This document shows, piece by piece, positions 1 to 13,850 of a stretch of DNA of 64,000 bases; positions within the stretch are counted from its first letter, which is position 1, and every line of letters begins with the position of its first letter. A program made the position numbers and the translations under genes. Location of the stretch: NCBI GenBank assembly GCA_009914755.4, contig CP068257.2:22592001-22656000 (forward strand). The letters are read 5' to 3'. Source of the DNA: the human T2T-CHM13v2.0 reference genome, Homo sapiens. The notes below the pieces were generated by a model. That model ran no database searches and was not told the DNA's origin. It saw only the letters and a list, made by a program, of their open reading frames with translations.

Positions 1-1300
1 TTATATTATACCACACTGTCTTAATTATTTTCATGCATTGTTATTAGATACATGTATCTTTAAGATTATTATGTCTTCTTGGAGATTTGACCTTACTATC
101 TTTATGTAATGAATGTCTTTATCCTTGATACCTTGCCTTATTCTGAAGTCTTCTTTGTCTAAAATTAACATATTTATGCTACATTTTATTAGCATTAGCA
201 TTATATATCTTTCTCCATCAATTTTATGTTTAGTCTAATGGTATCTCTATATCGAAAGATTTTTTGTAGATATCATATAGTTGGATCTTGTTTAATATCT
301 TTTTAAATTAAAAAATAATATATGATGTTTAGATGGTATTTAGACCACTCATATTCTAAAATCTGCCCCAGTTGTAGCTGTTTTCTATTTGCTGCACTTG
401 TTGTTGTCTTCCACCCCCAACTCTGCCTTTTAACTCCTTTCTGGCTTAATAGAGCATCTTTTTTAAGATCCCATTTTCTCTTGTCTCAGTATATTTCACT
501 TCTTTTGTAAAAGAAATATATTTGTCCTAGAGTTTGCAATACAATTTTACAACCAATATAAGTCCACTCTGAAATAGTACTGTATCACTTCATGGTTTTG
601 CATGTACCTTAAAACACAGCATTCTCAAGTCTTCTCTTCTGTGTCTGGTAATATTGTTGCCATTCATTTCACTTAGACAAACAATATAGTTACCCAATAC
701 AATGCTTGTTATTATTTTAAACTAGTGTTATCAATTAGATTAGATGAAATAAAAGTAATAATTTTCTTTTGCCTTAATCTATTCCTTCTCTTATTACTTT
801 ATATAGATTCAAGTTTTTCATCTATATCATTTTTTTCTCTCTGAAATACTGTTTTTAACTTTTCTTTCAGGATAGCTGTGTCAACAAATTTGCTTGGATT
901 TTTGTTTGAAAAACCTTTATTTCTCTTTCATTTTTGAAGGGCATTTTTCCTGGTTGTGTTTTCTTTACTTTTCTTCCATACTCTCTTTGTTGCATGTTTT
1001 TTTAAATGAAAAATCTGTTTCTTTATTTTACTTGTTCCTCAATATTTTATCTTTTTCTTTTATTTTTGGAGCTGCAATATAATATCCTGGTGTAGATTTT
1101 ACAGTATTTTTTCTGCTTGGTGCTCTGAGAGCTTCCTGTTTGCTGCCAGCCATTAATTTTGGGAAATTTCTGGCCATGATGATTTTAAATAATTCTTGTG
1201 CTCCATCTTTCCCTCTCCTTCTGATATACCAGTTGTACAAACGCTGCCCCCCTTTTTTTTAGAATTTTCTCACAGTTCTTGGATTTTTTTCTCTTTGCAT
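1..1300 (-). mobile_element. Ancient LINE-1 (L1M/L1P-like) internal fragment, antisense to the + strand, heavily decayed
   Basis: AT-rich sequence with motifs resembling the antisense of old L1 ORF regions (e.g. ...catatagttggatcttgtttaatatc..., ...tatttcacttcttttg...). No intact ORF. Orientation and extent are approximate. Confidence 0.35.
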
Positions 1301-1599
1301 TTAAATTTGAGAAATTTCTATTGACATATATTCAAGTTCAGAAAAGTTTTTCTTTGTAGTGTCAAGTTTACTAATGACTTACCAAAGGCATTCTTCATTT
1401 CTGTTACAATGTTATTGATATCAACCATTTTCTCAATATTTCCTTAGTGTTCCCATTTCTCTGCATATGTTATCCATCAAATCTTGCACACTGTAACCTT
1501 TTTTAATTAGAGACCTTAACATATTAGTCATAGTTATTTTAAATTTTCTGACGTAATTCTAAATATTGTCATATCTTCATTTCTAATGTTGGACTTAGT

Positions 1600-1661
1600 G
1601 TGTATGTGTGTGTATATATATATATATATACTATATATGTATATATATATATCTTTTGTAA
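1600..1661. repeat. Compound (TG)n/(TA)n dinucleotide microsatellite
   Basis: gtgtgtatgtgtgtgtatatatatatatatatatactatatatgtatatatatatatc read directly. Confidence 0.9.
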
Positions 1662-3644
1662 GTTATGTATGATGTTTTATGTAATAGGACTGAGATAAGT
1701 AGGCCTTTTGTTGTTTTAGGTTATTCTGGCTAGAAGTTGTTCTGGGTTTAATGCTTACTGTATCTGTGTCCTTGTTTTTTCACTCCTCTGTTGCTTCCCT
1801 AAAAACTCCTTCTACAATAAAATCCTGCACCTCTTTTACGTGTAATCCAATATTGAAATCTTGTTGATGTGGTGTTAAGATGTAAGGGAGGTCAAGTGTT
1901 CTATAACTTTATAATTACATCTCCGTCTTTTAAGGGTCTGTGTTCCTGGTCTATGGTTTTAAATACGCTTTTTATCAGCCTTTAAGTAGGAAAAGAAATC
2001 TAGTGAGAATAGGAGTTGGTAATTGCCTGCTCACTAAGTGAGATAAGGCTCTGATAAAGTATTTTCCCCGATGGGTACTCATTTGTTAAGAACATTTTGG
2101 TTGTATTTCTAAATGGTCACTTCCCTACACTCCTGCCAGAGACCATGAGGGGATTTTTCTTGACAATTCATTGTAGGGATGAGAGGAGAGTTTCCAAACA
2201 CCTTACATTTCACAAGTAAACTCAGAAGCCACTTGCTTTCAAATAGCACCAAAATATATAAATTAAAATATTTCAAATCTTATAGACTATTTACTGGATC
2301 CTTTTTCAAACAGTTATTACTTCTCATTTAGAAAACTCTCCTTTTCCTGGTTTTACTTGACAACACACAATCTAAATGCATTTTTTTCACCTATGGATAG
2401 TGATTCACCCTTCCCATGTCATTAATGTTTAGGTGTTCCCAAAATACTTTGTAAATATTGTTTCTTACATTTTTACTCTTTTCCACAGATATTCTATATA
2501 CTCCCATAGCTCCAGTTCATAATTTGTCGATTATTTTTACCTTTATATTTCCAATAATGTCTTCTCGCTTACTATTGAGTACTATACTCAAATTAGTAAA
2601 CTAATACTCATCCTGTGAAAAACGCCACCTTCTTGCAAACACCAACAAACTTGCTGTCTTTATTGAATATCTCCACCTTTGACAATGACACAGTGGTGCA
2701 TATACATATCATTTTATAAATATTCACAATATTCATGGATACCCCCTTCCCTGCAATTCACTCCTATGATCCTCAAATGTTATTGGGATTCAAATAAAAA
2801 GCCCTATTTTTATAGTCATAATATATACTAATTAATTATAGGTGAAAATATAGGAACAATCTTCTTTTAAAAAAATGCATATTTACTTTTCCTCCATTTT
2901 ATTATTTGGATGAGTGGGAGTTTATCAGTGTTAATATATTAAATATGAATTTCTCATTGATTATCTGAGTATACACAAAGGCAGGTGTAATTATTTAATA
3001 TTTTCCACGCTGCTTTAGGACATTAAATTTAAAATAATTTCATTATTTTATTTATGCATGTAAATATATATGTGTGTGTGTATTACACATACCATCATAT
3101 GCCTAATGAAGATGATTTAAAATTTGCTAAATGCTGCATATTGTGTAATAAGTGTGGTAGGAAACAATATTTATAGTTTTACAACATGAACAGTTATAAA
3201 ATAAAGCAATTGATCTCCCTGGTATAAAAGCTTACTTTTAGATGTAATTTTTAAAATAATTAAATGCAACATTTCAGTACCTCCTTCAAGAAGAAATTAT
3301 GTAAACCCATAGAAGAAAATTTGATGGTTTATAGGCAGGAGAATGAAGCTGTATGACACCTGATAGGTGGTGTTGAATCCTATTGATACATTTAGTAACT
3401 GATTCTACAGATCAATAATGGCAATAATCATGGTGATTTACTGTGAAGGGAATATATTTTGGTGGTATTTAGGCCTTGACTGACAATATTTAAAAGACGA
3501 ATTGAATAATCTGCCATGTTAAGCTTCTCATGAAGACTTTAATGTATCTTTGATTTGCCATAAGAAGAGTGAATTCCTTATTGTTTAAAAGCATTGTGTT
3601 GAATCAGAATATTTTATTAGATCTGTGCAGTGTTTATATGTTAA

Positions 3645-3917
<273 letters not shown>

Positions 3918-4204
3918 TAGAGATTGTGCTGCCTACTTAACAGATTTGCTGAGTCCAAGGGGAAAATATAACTAGCGAATTATCTAAAAGATTGATATCA
4001 TATTACAAATAAACAGCTAAAAGCTGCCCTTGATTCCTGGATTATTATTTGAAATGACTTTAATCCCATTCCCAATAAAAAAATACAGACCTGTTTACAT
4101 TATTATGATTGGGATATGATCATGATTTATTAGCTTTTATTTCAATAGAACTGTTGTAACTTTACTTATTCTAACAAGAACATTTATGATGATTAGAACC
4201 TTGA

Positions 4205-4576
4205 TCTTTTCTTTATCCAGCCTATCACTGATGGGCATTGAGCTTGGTTCCATGTCTTTGCTATCATGAATTGTGCTGCAATGATCATATGCGTGCATGT
4301 GTCTTTATAATAGAATGACTTATATTTCTCTGGGTATATACCAAGTAATAGGATTGCCTAATGAATGGCATTTCTGTCTTTAAGTCTTTGAGGACTAGCC
4401 ACACTGTCTTCCATAATGGATGAATGAATTTACACTTCCACCCAATAGTGTATAAGGGTTCTGTTTTCTCCACAACCTCACCAGTATCTGTTATTTTTTG
4501 ACTTTTGAAGAATAGCCATTCTGACTGGTGTTGGATAGTATCTCATTGTGATTTTGATTTGCATTTCACTAATAAA
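4205..4576 (-). mobile_element. L1 ORF2 C-terminal segment in inverted orientation; 5' part of a twin-primed L1 insertion
   Basis: Reverse complement matches L1 ORF2 (...cagtgtggc..aagacatggaaccaagctcaatgcccatcagtgatagg...). The minus-strand ORFs at 4285-4473 and 4478-4699 translate to ORF2-like peptides (LWKTVW..KDL..PF, ...MQIKITMRYY.TPVRMAI..K..NN). It is immediately followed by a sense-oriented L1 3' end. Confidence 0.8.
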
Positions 4577-4943
4577 CCGTAGAATACTATGCAGCCATAA
4601 AAAAGAAAAAAAGACCATGTTCTTTGCAGGGACATGGATGGAGCTGGAGGTCATTATCCTTAGCAAACTAACACAGAAACAGAAAACTAAGAACTGCATT
4701 TTCTCACTTATGAGTGGGACCTAAATGATGAGAACACACGGACACATGGAAGGGAACAACACACACTGGGGCTTTTTGGAGGGTGGAGCATGAGAGGAGG
4801 GAGAGGATTAGGAAAAACAAATAATAGATACTTGGCTTAATATCTGGGTGGTGACATAATCTGTACAATACAGCCCCACTACATGAATTTACCTATGTAA
4901 CAAATCTGAACTTGTACCCCTGAACTTAAAAGTTAAAAAAAAG
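4577..4943 (+). mobile_element. L1 3' end (end of ORF2 plus 3'UTR plus poly-A), sense orientation; 3' part of the twin-primed L1
   Basis: agaatactatgcagccataaaaaag...gggacatggatggagctggaggtcattatccttagcaaactaacacagaaacagaaaactaagaactgcattttctcacttatgagtggg...ctgaacttaaaagttaaaaaaaag. The element is flanked by a 10-bp TSD: AGAACCTTGA at 4195-4204 and AGAACCGTGA at 4942-4951. Confidence 0.85.
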
Positions 4944-7900
4944 AACCGTGACCTTGCCATCATCAATAACTGTAACTTCTTTATAATCTCCATTTCATAG
5001 ATAGGACTTTCTGTCTATCAGATAAATTGAAAGGCATAGGTTTGCTATCTACTCAATCTCTCTAGTTTCCTGATTTCAACAATCTTTGACCCAGAAAAAC
5101 ATCTAATCCATTGGTTCCATCATCTTTTGACTGTCCTGTTCCCTCTGAATATTTTCTCACCATCTGTTTCTCAATTTGTTTCATGGTCAAACACTATAAT
5201 TAATCTGTTGCTTACAACTGCAAATCATTTTGCAGTATTAATTCTACAAAATCATTATCAAAAGCCAGTTAAATCTATCTTATTTCTAGTTTATGTATAC
5301 CCCTCCCCACAAGAAGCTGAATGAGAATGGAGCATGCACTCTACCCTGGCATTTCAAATTTTTCTTAACCTATTTTCCTTTCTTTTTTTAAAAAAAATTG
5401 TAATGCTTACTTTTCACTTTATAATATTGTACATAATATATTCTGTATATTGCTGATGACCTATTTATTATGTATATTTCAAGAATGCAATATCTCATGG
5501 GGTAAGAATCTTTGTTTTTTGTTCATTGATCTATTCCAAGATGCAGTTTCTGGTACCTAGTGGGTCACTCAATGTCTAATGTTGAAAAATAAATTATGTA
5601 TTTGATATTTTTTCTTATTCTACACATTATCTTGGATATTTTAGAATATTGTTTCACATTAGCCACACAGACTACGAAGACTGATTTATTGTCCTACAGT
5701 TTCTCTAAGTTTTCTGTGTATAAAGTTCTAAGTCACATTTTCTTCTTATGCCTACTCTTTGTTCATGGTAGGTATGTATATATTACTGGGGAGAACTCTT
5801 GCAGTATTGCTATATCTGCTCTGACGAAGTCTTCTCATTTTTAGTTCTCCCTTACTTCTGGGTCATATCGTTTTCCAGAGAAGCATAATTATAAAGTACA
5901 GAAAAAATAATTTTTAGTATCATAGGAAAGATGTGAACTCATCATACTGTTAAGTTTTATTTTTATGTAAATGCACTTAATAGAAGTTTTTTCAGTGTTA
6001 ATCTAAGATTTTTTTTTAAATAAACTGTGTAACTTACTTCTTTTTAACTCTTATTCAGTCTTTGCTTGACATAATAAAGACCTAGGTTATAAAAATATTG
6101 AAAGATACATAGGTGAGGTATGACCTAATATTATTTGCATCTAGATCCATCTCTAAAATTAGAGTCTTTTAGTCTTAGACTAAAAATCATAATCAGTGAG
6201 TATATATTCATAACTACAAAGCTCTTTATAATATTTTGAATTTGCCCACATAATTATTTCAGAATATTTTTACAGAATTGCTCAGGGGTTTAAGACAACT
6301 TCAGAAAAAGTAGCATAAGCAGATTAATTGCTCCGAGATTTTGTAATTATATAGAACTGTTCTTAATTAGTGGAAATCAGTAAGAAGCCTGTCCTGAGTA
6401 ACAGAATGTACTGAATAGCAATATCCTTTACTTGTATCCACCATGTCTTTTTCTACTCCTATTTTATGCATAATAAATTAGAAGTGAATTAAATGAAGTG
6501 AAAACTCGTTTCTTGATGGAGTAGAATACTTAACATTCCTATTTTTGTCTTAAAATTATGTAATTTAAAAAAGTATTGACAAGTTAGTAATGTCAGTAGA
6601 AAAATCAGTCTAAGTACTTTTAAGAAAGTGATTAGTTGCTTTACTACTTAGTGGTTAGATGCAGGCTTATTCAGAACAACTTCACAGACTAAATCTCTTC
6701 CTAAAATACGAAGTTCTAGGGAGTAGGCAAATGTCAGTGTCTTGAACATAAATAGGCTAATATAAAGGACTTTCATATTTGCTAAACTAATTACTTCTGA
6801 CTTAATCTATATCTCTCAAAGTTCTGAACTTCATAGAAAAATAGCAATATACTCCCAGGTTGAAATATCATGTTTAATTCTGAAAGTATTTGCTGCATAT
6901 CTTTAAGTACAGAGTCACTGACTGCACTAATTACCTTTCTCAGACAGAAACAGAGATTTCTCAGTAGATGCCAGCAGGAATAGGTTCTAATAGGTTATGA
7001 ATAGAGGATTAAATTGTAGAAGCACATAGTCCACCTTCCCATTGCCTTCCATGATTTTTGCCACAACTTAAAAATAACATAGAACTTGGAGTGGGTGCCC
7101 TAAAATGATCAATATTTTAATTCTTAACTACATAATACATTGAAGATTCAAAAGATAAATTAAATTCAATTACTGAAGAATATAAAAACAATAATGATTG
7201 AATATCTGAAATTGCATTGTAAAAATGCATACCTTTACAAAAATGTTAGGCATTCCTCCAGAGTGAATTCATAAAGAATAGGTGAAGCAATGGAAAGAGT
7301 ATTTGACAGTTTAACAAAGATTGGAAATGTAAAATCTGAAAGACAATTTTAAAAAGCTAGGCGTATAAAAATTAAGGAAAAGATAAGCCAATGACAGGGA
7401 AGAGTTCTTGCAAAAACCCTGAAGTAGGAATGAGCTTGATTTATTCAAGAGAATAATTGAACATTAGGGCTTTTGAACATAATTATAGAGGAGAAAAACG
7501 AAGCGGTGGAGAAGTAGGGAGTCATTAGCAGATATTAAAATCTGAGGTTTTCTAAAATTTAGAGATGGTAGCATAGGGGAAAGGAACTTAGAAAAGCTAT
7601 TGAGATGAAGCAGCCAGTGAGGATAGAAAAAAAAAGAGGACATTAAGAGATGATGTTTCAAGTAAAATGAAAATGGTCTCCTCTGTAATGTGGCTGAACA
7701 TTCAAATGAGACAAGATAAACGAAGTGGTAACTGGAATATATATATTCCTCCAACAAAGCTCATTGTCAAGTATAAGATTTTTAAAAATGAAGGTTGATC
7801 GAGAAGATTTGAAAGTTTACTATGAATGAAAGAATATTAGAGCCAAATAGGTGCCATAAAAATAGCTTGAGTGACAGATCTATACTGCATAGAAACATGA

Positions 7901-9546
7901 AGTATAGTTTATAAGGGAAAATAGTCCAGATAATTAGGTCTATGATGAAACAAGGGGGTTGGATGTTGAAGGACAACTAAAGCTAAGATGTTTGGTAGGC
8001 AGCAAGTGTGGACACTGAGGTTAGCTTGAGTAATGGCAGCAGTTTTAGTGAAGAGGGTTTTAAGTCAAGTGTCTAGTTGTCCATGGAAGAGAGAGTTTGG
8101 CCAGAAGTTAGAGAGGGGACAACAAACAGAAGATTGTAGGATGGAAGAGAGGTTTTGTTAAGTTTTATAAAAAGAAGAGTACTAGTATAGAAATTGCAAT
8201 GTAGAAAGATGGAAGTATGCTACCACTTACGTGCTTCTGTGATTGGGAGAAAAAGAGAATCTTTTTTTAGAGAAACCTTCAAAAGGAGAGTTATTTCTGG
8301 AACTCTTAGATTATAGAATAAACTTTATAAGTATGTGGCATGGAAAATGTTACTCATATTAACACCCACTCCTCTTTGTGTCTGCCTTCCTGCTACACTC
8401 ACGGTAGGGCAAGAAATAGGGGTAGGCTCCAAGGTGGTTTCTAGTCATTTCTCTGTCCTTTAAATTATCCTTCATTCAAGCATAATATTTGAAAAACATG
8501 TCTATAAAATTACTTTGTTTTGTTGCATGTATATGTGTGTTTCTGTGTAATCATGCCATTTATTTTAATTATAAAAATATTCACGTTTTCAATAACAGAA
8601 TTCTTGAATTATATGTTTGTTGTGGTGAGAAATGTTTGTTAGAATTCAGAATGCTAAAAATATTTATAGTGACAATTATTCTACAATTTAAATTTAAATA
8701 GTATGAATTTTTCTCTTCAATTAAGTAGTGTGCAATAAAATTTAACACATGCTTAGAAAGCAATTACCATCATATAAGAAGGAATGGGAATATTTTAATT
8801 GGTTTGTGAATTACTTTTTCTAAATAGTACAATCATTTTTCTTTTGAAATGAGGTTAAAAAACCAAAATCTAAGCTAACTATATGTAGTTATGTCCTAGA
8901 TATCTTTGTTTAATGCATTGTTATAATTATGCTGAATAATCAAAGAACAATAGGAAATTTGAAAGACTGATGAATAGAATACTATTTTAAGTCAAACAAT
9001 TATTGACTTATTTGTATTCTTTGTGGTTTCACCAAACTAATTTTCACCTTTTACTTACTTGAACTATAATGGGGACACCTAACTTATTTTAGCTGTGTAG
9101 ATTAATTCCATTTAACACTCTTTCTCAAATACTTGTAGACTTCCATTTTTATCTCATAATTATTACCATAATTGAAGATAACTCCTATAAATTATTTATT
9201 GTGGTGATCTACAGATATAGTGGGGAAAATGTATTACATTGAGCAATATAATGTCTATAATATATGTAGGATAATTTACTACATAAGATTTCTAAATATT
9301 ACTTTCTGTTATGAACAAATTATTGTTACGTAAGACCTGTCAGGTCATTTGGGGAATCACCTAGCCATGCAGGACCATTACCTACAGTATTATTTTCCAG
9401 GAAACTGTGAATTTCTAAATAATTCAACTGCTAAGTCTCATATATTTTCTAATTCACAATATTTAGTAACTAGAGAATTGCATCATCTACCTATAAAAGA
9501 ACACCAGAGACAGAACACATTCTCTTTCTTCTTACACAAACATTTC

Positions 9547-9800
9547 CCCAGCTTTATTGACATATAGTTGACAAGGTATATAATGTATACTTGATAAAAT
9601 TATATAAATTTGAGGTGCACATAATGATTAGATATACATATATATTTTGAAATGATGATCACAATCAATTATTTAACACATCCATCACCTCATATAGTTA
9701 TCTTTATTTTTTCTTGGGTGTGGTGAGATTATTTAAGATCCATTCTCTTAGCAAATTTCAGGTATAAAATACAGTATTATTAACTATAATACTTGGAAAG
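9547..9800 (-). mobile_element. 3' end of an older primate L1 (L1PB/L1MA-type), minus orientation
   Basis: ccagctttattgacatatagttgacaaggtatataatgtatac...atccatcacctcatatagttatc...cagtattattaactataata is the reverse complement of the old-L1 3'UTR terminus (...ataaagctgg). Confidence 0.6.
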
Positions 9801-10644
9801 CGACTTTATAGCAGAGAAAAACATTTTATAGTGATATTGATAAAGCAAATTATTTAAAATAAGCTAATTTTACCTTCCTCTCCTAAGGTGGCATAGGCGC
9901 ACACAATAAATGTAGACATTAGCACACAATTGTTCTGGTGATATCCTATTTGGGAGAGATTTTTAAGGTCACAAAGTCTAACATTGCAGTGTTTTTTGCA
10001 TCTTATAAACATCTCACTCCAGCCTTAGCTGCAACTCTTCTAAACACTAAATGTTCTACTCTTAAGAGACAAGGTCACTGGATTCAATCTACATATTGTT
10101 ATTGCATGTATTTTCTTCCTCCATTGAATCATGCCAAATATTTCTAATTTTCTAAATAATTATATTTAAAAAGTCATAGACTTGTAAGTGCTTTCTTCCT
10201 CTAGCCATCGTACTACCATCTCCTCTACCATTTCCTAAATTTTATGGCTCTAATTGTTTACATCACCCTTAAACCAATTTTCCAGCTGAAAATAATCAGC
10301 ACAGAAAATAGTTCAGTTATTATCTGTCTCCCTTCTTAACAATATATGGTTTTCCGCACAATTTTCCATTGTTAGACTCTTAGAATATTATTTCATTTTC
10401 TAGGCACCCTAAATTAAGACAGCTAATATTATATTACTGTCATGCAATCTAGTTTCTAGATTTAATCATTTGAGGGGGAATGAGTTGGGTTTCTTTTTCC
10501 ATGTCCACCTTCTCCGTGGTTCCAGGTAATTGCTACCATACAATTGACATTGGTTCAGTGATCTCATCTACAAGTTCTTTCAGTGCATTAGGGGCAAATA
10601 TTTTGTCCTTTGCCTTGAACTGATTTAGAAAGCTAGTTGCTCTT

Positions 10645-10927
10645 GGCTGGGCATGGCGGCTCACACCTGTCATTCCAGCACTTTGGAAGGCCGAGGTGGA
10701 AGGATCACTTGAGGTCAGGAATTTGAGACCAGCCTGGCCAACATGGTGAAAACCTGTCTCTACTGAAGATACAAAACTTAGCTGGGCATGGTGGCGGGCG
10801 CCTGTAATCCCAGCTAAGTAGGAGGCTGATGCATGAGAATCTCTTGACCTCTGGATGGGGAGGTTGCAGTGAGCTGAGATTGCGTCGCAGCACTCCAGCC
10901 TGAGTGACAGAGCGACTCCATCTCAAA
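10645..10927 (+). mobile_element. Alu (AluS-like), plus orientation, lacks a poly-A tail
   Basis: ggctgggcatggcggctcacacctgtcattccagcactttggaaggccgaggtgg...gcactccagcctgagtgacagagcgactccatctcaaa. Possible short TSD AGTTGCTC on both sides. Confidence 0.9.
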
Positions 10928-10952
10928 CCCTTAAAGTTGCTCAATTGCTTTG

Positions 10953-11087
10953 TTTGTTTGTTTGTTTTTCATAGAGATTTGGTTTCACCATGTGCAGGCT
11001 GGTTTCGAACTCCTGAGCGCAAGCAATCCACTGGCCTCGTCCTCCCAAAGTGCTGGGATTATAGGAGTGAGCCACCACGCCTGGCCT
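10953..11087 (-). mobile_element. Free left Alu monomer (FLAM-like), minus orientation, with a (TTTG)n-derived A-rich tail and a perfect 13-bp TSD
   Basis: tttgtttgtttgtttttcatagagatttggtttcaccatgtgcaggctggtttcgaactcctgagcgcaagcaatccactggcctcgtcctcccaaagtgctgggattataggagtgagccaccacgcctggcc. TSD CTCAATTGCTTTG at 10940-10952 and 11088-11100. Confidence 0.8.
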
Positions 11088-11789
11088 CTCAATTGCTTTG
11101 AATAAGTGTTTTCTTATCAATACTGTTCTACTACTTTTTATTTGGATATAATTGATAGAAACAAATTATACCTAAATAAAGAGTGGAGGGAAATAGACTT
11201 GACAGATTTATAGATTTATTGCTGTTTTAGTCTTTAACATCTTACCATGTATTACAAGCAACAGATTTAGGACTGTAGTGTTCTTTCTTTTTTCCTCCAA
11301 ATAGAGTCAAGAAAATCTTCTCCTATCCTTTGAATTTTTGCAAGTAGTAATTTAATCTGGGTTTCTATTCTCTGAACACTATTCTTAGGAGTTTATAGCA
11401 TTCTTGTTCAATGTAACTGTGCCCTCTTTGTTCTTCTTTGTTGTTTTTCCAGAGCCTCATGTTATACATAATAATATATTTAAGTAATCCATCTTTTCTT
11501 CCTCATTTTCCAATTTGAAATTGCATTATTACATTATCAGAATATCATTTTAAGGAGCTTTATAATTTTTTATGTGATCTTCTCTTTAAACCTAGATTTT
11601 ACTTTTAGAACCATATTTTCTCTGAAAGTTCTGAAGACTGTCATTTCTTATAATTTCCTGTCTTGGGTATTAATAGTAGTAAATCATTGTAGATTTGTTT
11701 TAGTATCTATTAGAAGCCAGTTGCTAATTGACAGTAAATAGTAAATGTTGTGCCCATATAGTAATTATTACCTTCTTTATTGTTTCAAC

Positions 11790-12099
11790 TTTTATTTTTA
11801 TTTTTATTTTTATTTTTTGAGACGGAGTCTCGCTCTGTCACCCGGGCTGGAGTGCTGTGGTGCGATCTCTGCTCACTGCAACCTCTGCCTCCTGAGTTCC
11901 AGCAATTTCCGTGCCTCAGCCTCCGGAGTCGCTGGAATTACAGGCGCCGGCCACCATGTCTGGCTAATTTTTGTATTTTTAGTAGAGAGTGGGTTTCACT
12001 ATGTTGGCCAGGTTGGTCTCGAGCTCCTGAACTCAGTGATCTGCGCACCTCGGCCTCCCAAAGTGCTGGGATTACAGGCATGAGCCCCTGTCCCCGGCC
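11790..12099 (-). mobile_element. Full-length Alu (AluS-like), minus orientation, with a (TTTTA)n-type tail
   Basis: ttttatttttatttttatttttattttttgagacggagtctcgctctgtcacccgggctggagtg...cccaaagtgctgggattacaggcatgagcccctgtccccggcc. Confidence 0.9.
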
Positions 12100-12496
12100 C
12101 AATCCGCCTAAAATCTCTTAGTTCATTCTTATGTTTTCTATTTTTTCTTATTTAATTAATTTACATATTCTTATTCGATTTTATCTGGCAAATAAATTCC
12201 TTATCTAAAGTTCATTTGGCTTTAACTGTATTAGTTTTGATACTGATTCTCGCTAAATGTGTCTAGTTTCCTTTTGTGTTACAGATTTTTTAATTGTGAG
12301 CTCCTTTACTGCAGTCTTTTTCTATACGTAATTAATAGAAATTTATTTCACGTTTCTTCAGACAGAATTTTTTTTTTCCTTTGAGACACCAAATTTCTAT
12401 CAAAATGGTACCACTTTATGTCAATGTCTGGTCTTGGGGTTTTCTAAAACAAATACACCACAGAAATTTGAGGCTGAAATTTAAGTGAGAGTTTGA

Positions 12497-12840
<344 letters not shown>

Positions 12841-13029
12841 ATTTTCCTTATGAATAGATTACTTTTTCGTAGTATATATACCCTTTTACTAAAAGAGTAA
12901 CCATTCCAGTATGATAGCGTTATCTTAGAAGTATCTAATATCCAGATCCCCCCACCCCCGCCCATTGCATGGAAACCACTCTTTGTCCTTTTATCCTGTC
13001 TTTGTGACACACTTAAGAACTCAAGGCTC

Positions 13030-13616
13030 TTTGAAAAACAGTTTTTCAACACTTAAGATGGCTAAACACAGTTATAATATGATCAGGCAATTCCATTTCT
13101 AGATATATACCCAAGGGAAAATTAAAACATATGTCCACACAAAAATTTAAGTGTTCCTAGCAGCATTATTCATAATAGGTCACATTCACATCAACTGATG
13201 TGTAAACAAAATGTAGTTTATCCATACAATAGTATATTATTTGAAATGAAATAAAGTATTGATACATGCTACAATGTGATAAATCTTGTAAACATTATGA
13301 TAAGTGAAAGAAGCCTGTTCACAATGGCCACATACTGTACAGTTCCCATTTATACAATATGAAATGTCCAAATTAGGCAAATCTGTAGAAGCGGAAAGTA
13401 GATTAGTGGTTGCTATGACTTGAGGTTGAGAGAAGGGACAGTTGAGGTGAGGGCTGAAGGATAAACGGGTTATGTGGGTGTAAATGAAAATATTCTAAAA
13501 CTGATTGTGGCGATAGTTGTACCATTCCGTTAACATTCTAAAAGTCATTGGATCGCACACTTTAAATGGGTGGATTCTATGGTAAGTGAATTATATTTCA
13601 ATAAAGCTGTTAAAAA
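13030..13616 (+). mobile_element. 3' end of an ancient mammalian L1 (L1M-type), plus orientation
   Basis: ...caggcaattccatttctagatatatacccaagggaaaattaaaacatatgtccacacaaaaatttaagtgttcctagcagcattattcataat...gattagtggttgctatgacttgaggttgagagaagggacag...actttaaatgggtggattctatggtaagtgaattatatttcaataaagctgttaaaaa matches the conserved L1M 3' terminus. Confidence 0.6.
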
Positions 13617-13772
13617 CGTTATCTACTTTCATATTATTTTTAAGAGATATTCTCTTCTCTGAAATAATTCAGTTTAGCAAATTTATTCTCAAAAATTTAC
13701 AAATGTTGGATTAAAACAGAACTACTATATATTTAAATAAGCTCCACCCTTTCTATAACAAATGAATAGCTA

Positions 13773-13850
13773 GATAGATTGATAGATGAAAGACAGATAG
13801 GTAGATAGGGAGATAGATAAGATAGATAGATAGCTATAAAGAGATATAGA
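13773..13850. repeat. Imperfect (GATA)n / (GATR)n tetranucleotide repeat
   Basis: tagatagattgatagatgaaagacagataggtagatagggagatagataagatagatagatagctataaagagatatag. Confidence 0.75.

Noticed and set aside
7460-8300. Moderately complex, non-AT-rich ~850-bp block (…gagaggggacaacaaacagaagattgtaggatggaagagagg…) that feels like the interior of some transposable element
   Set aside because: I cannot match it to any consensus from memory. The ORF 7464-7757 (minus strand) has no recognisable protein similarity. It is left unclassified.
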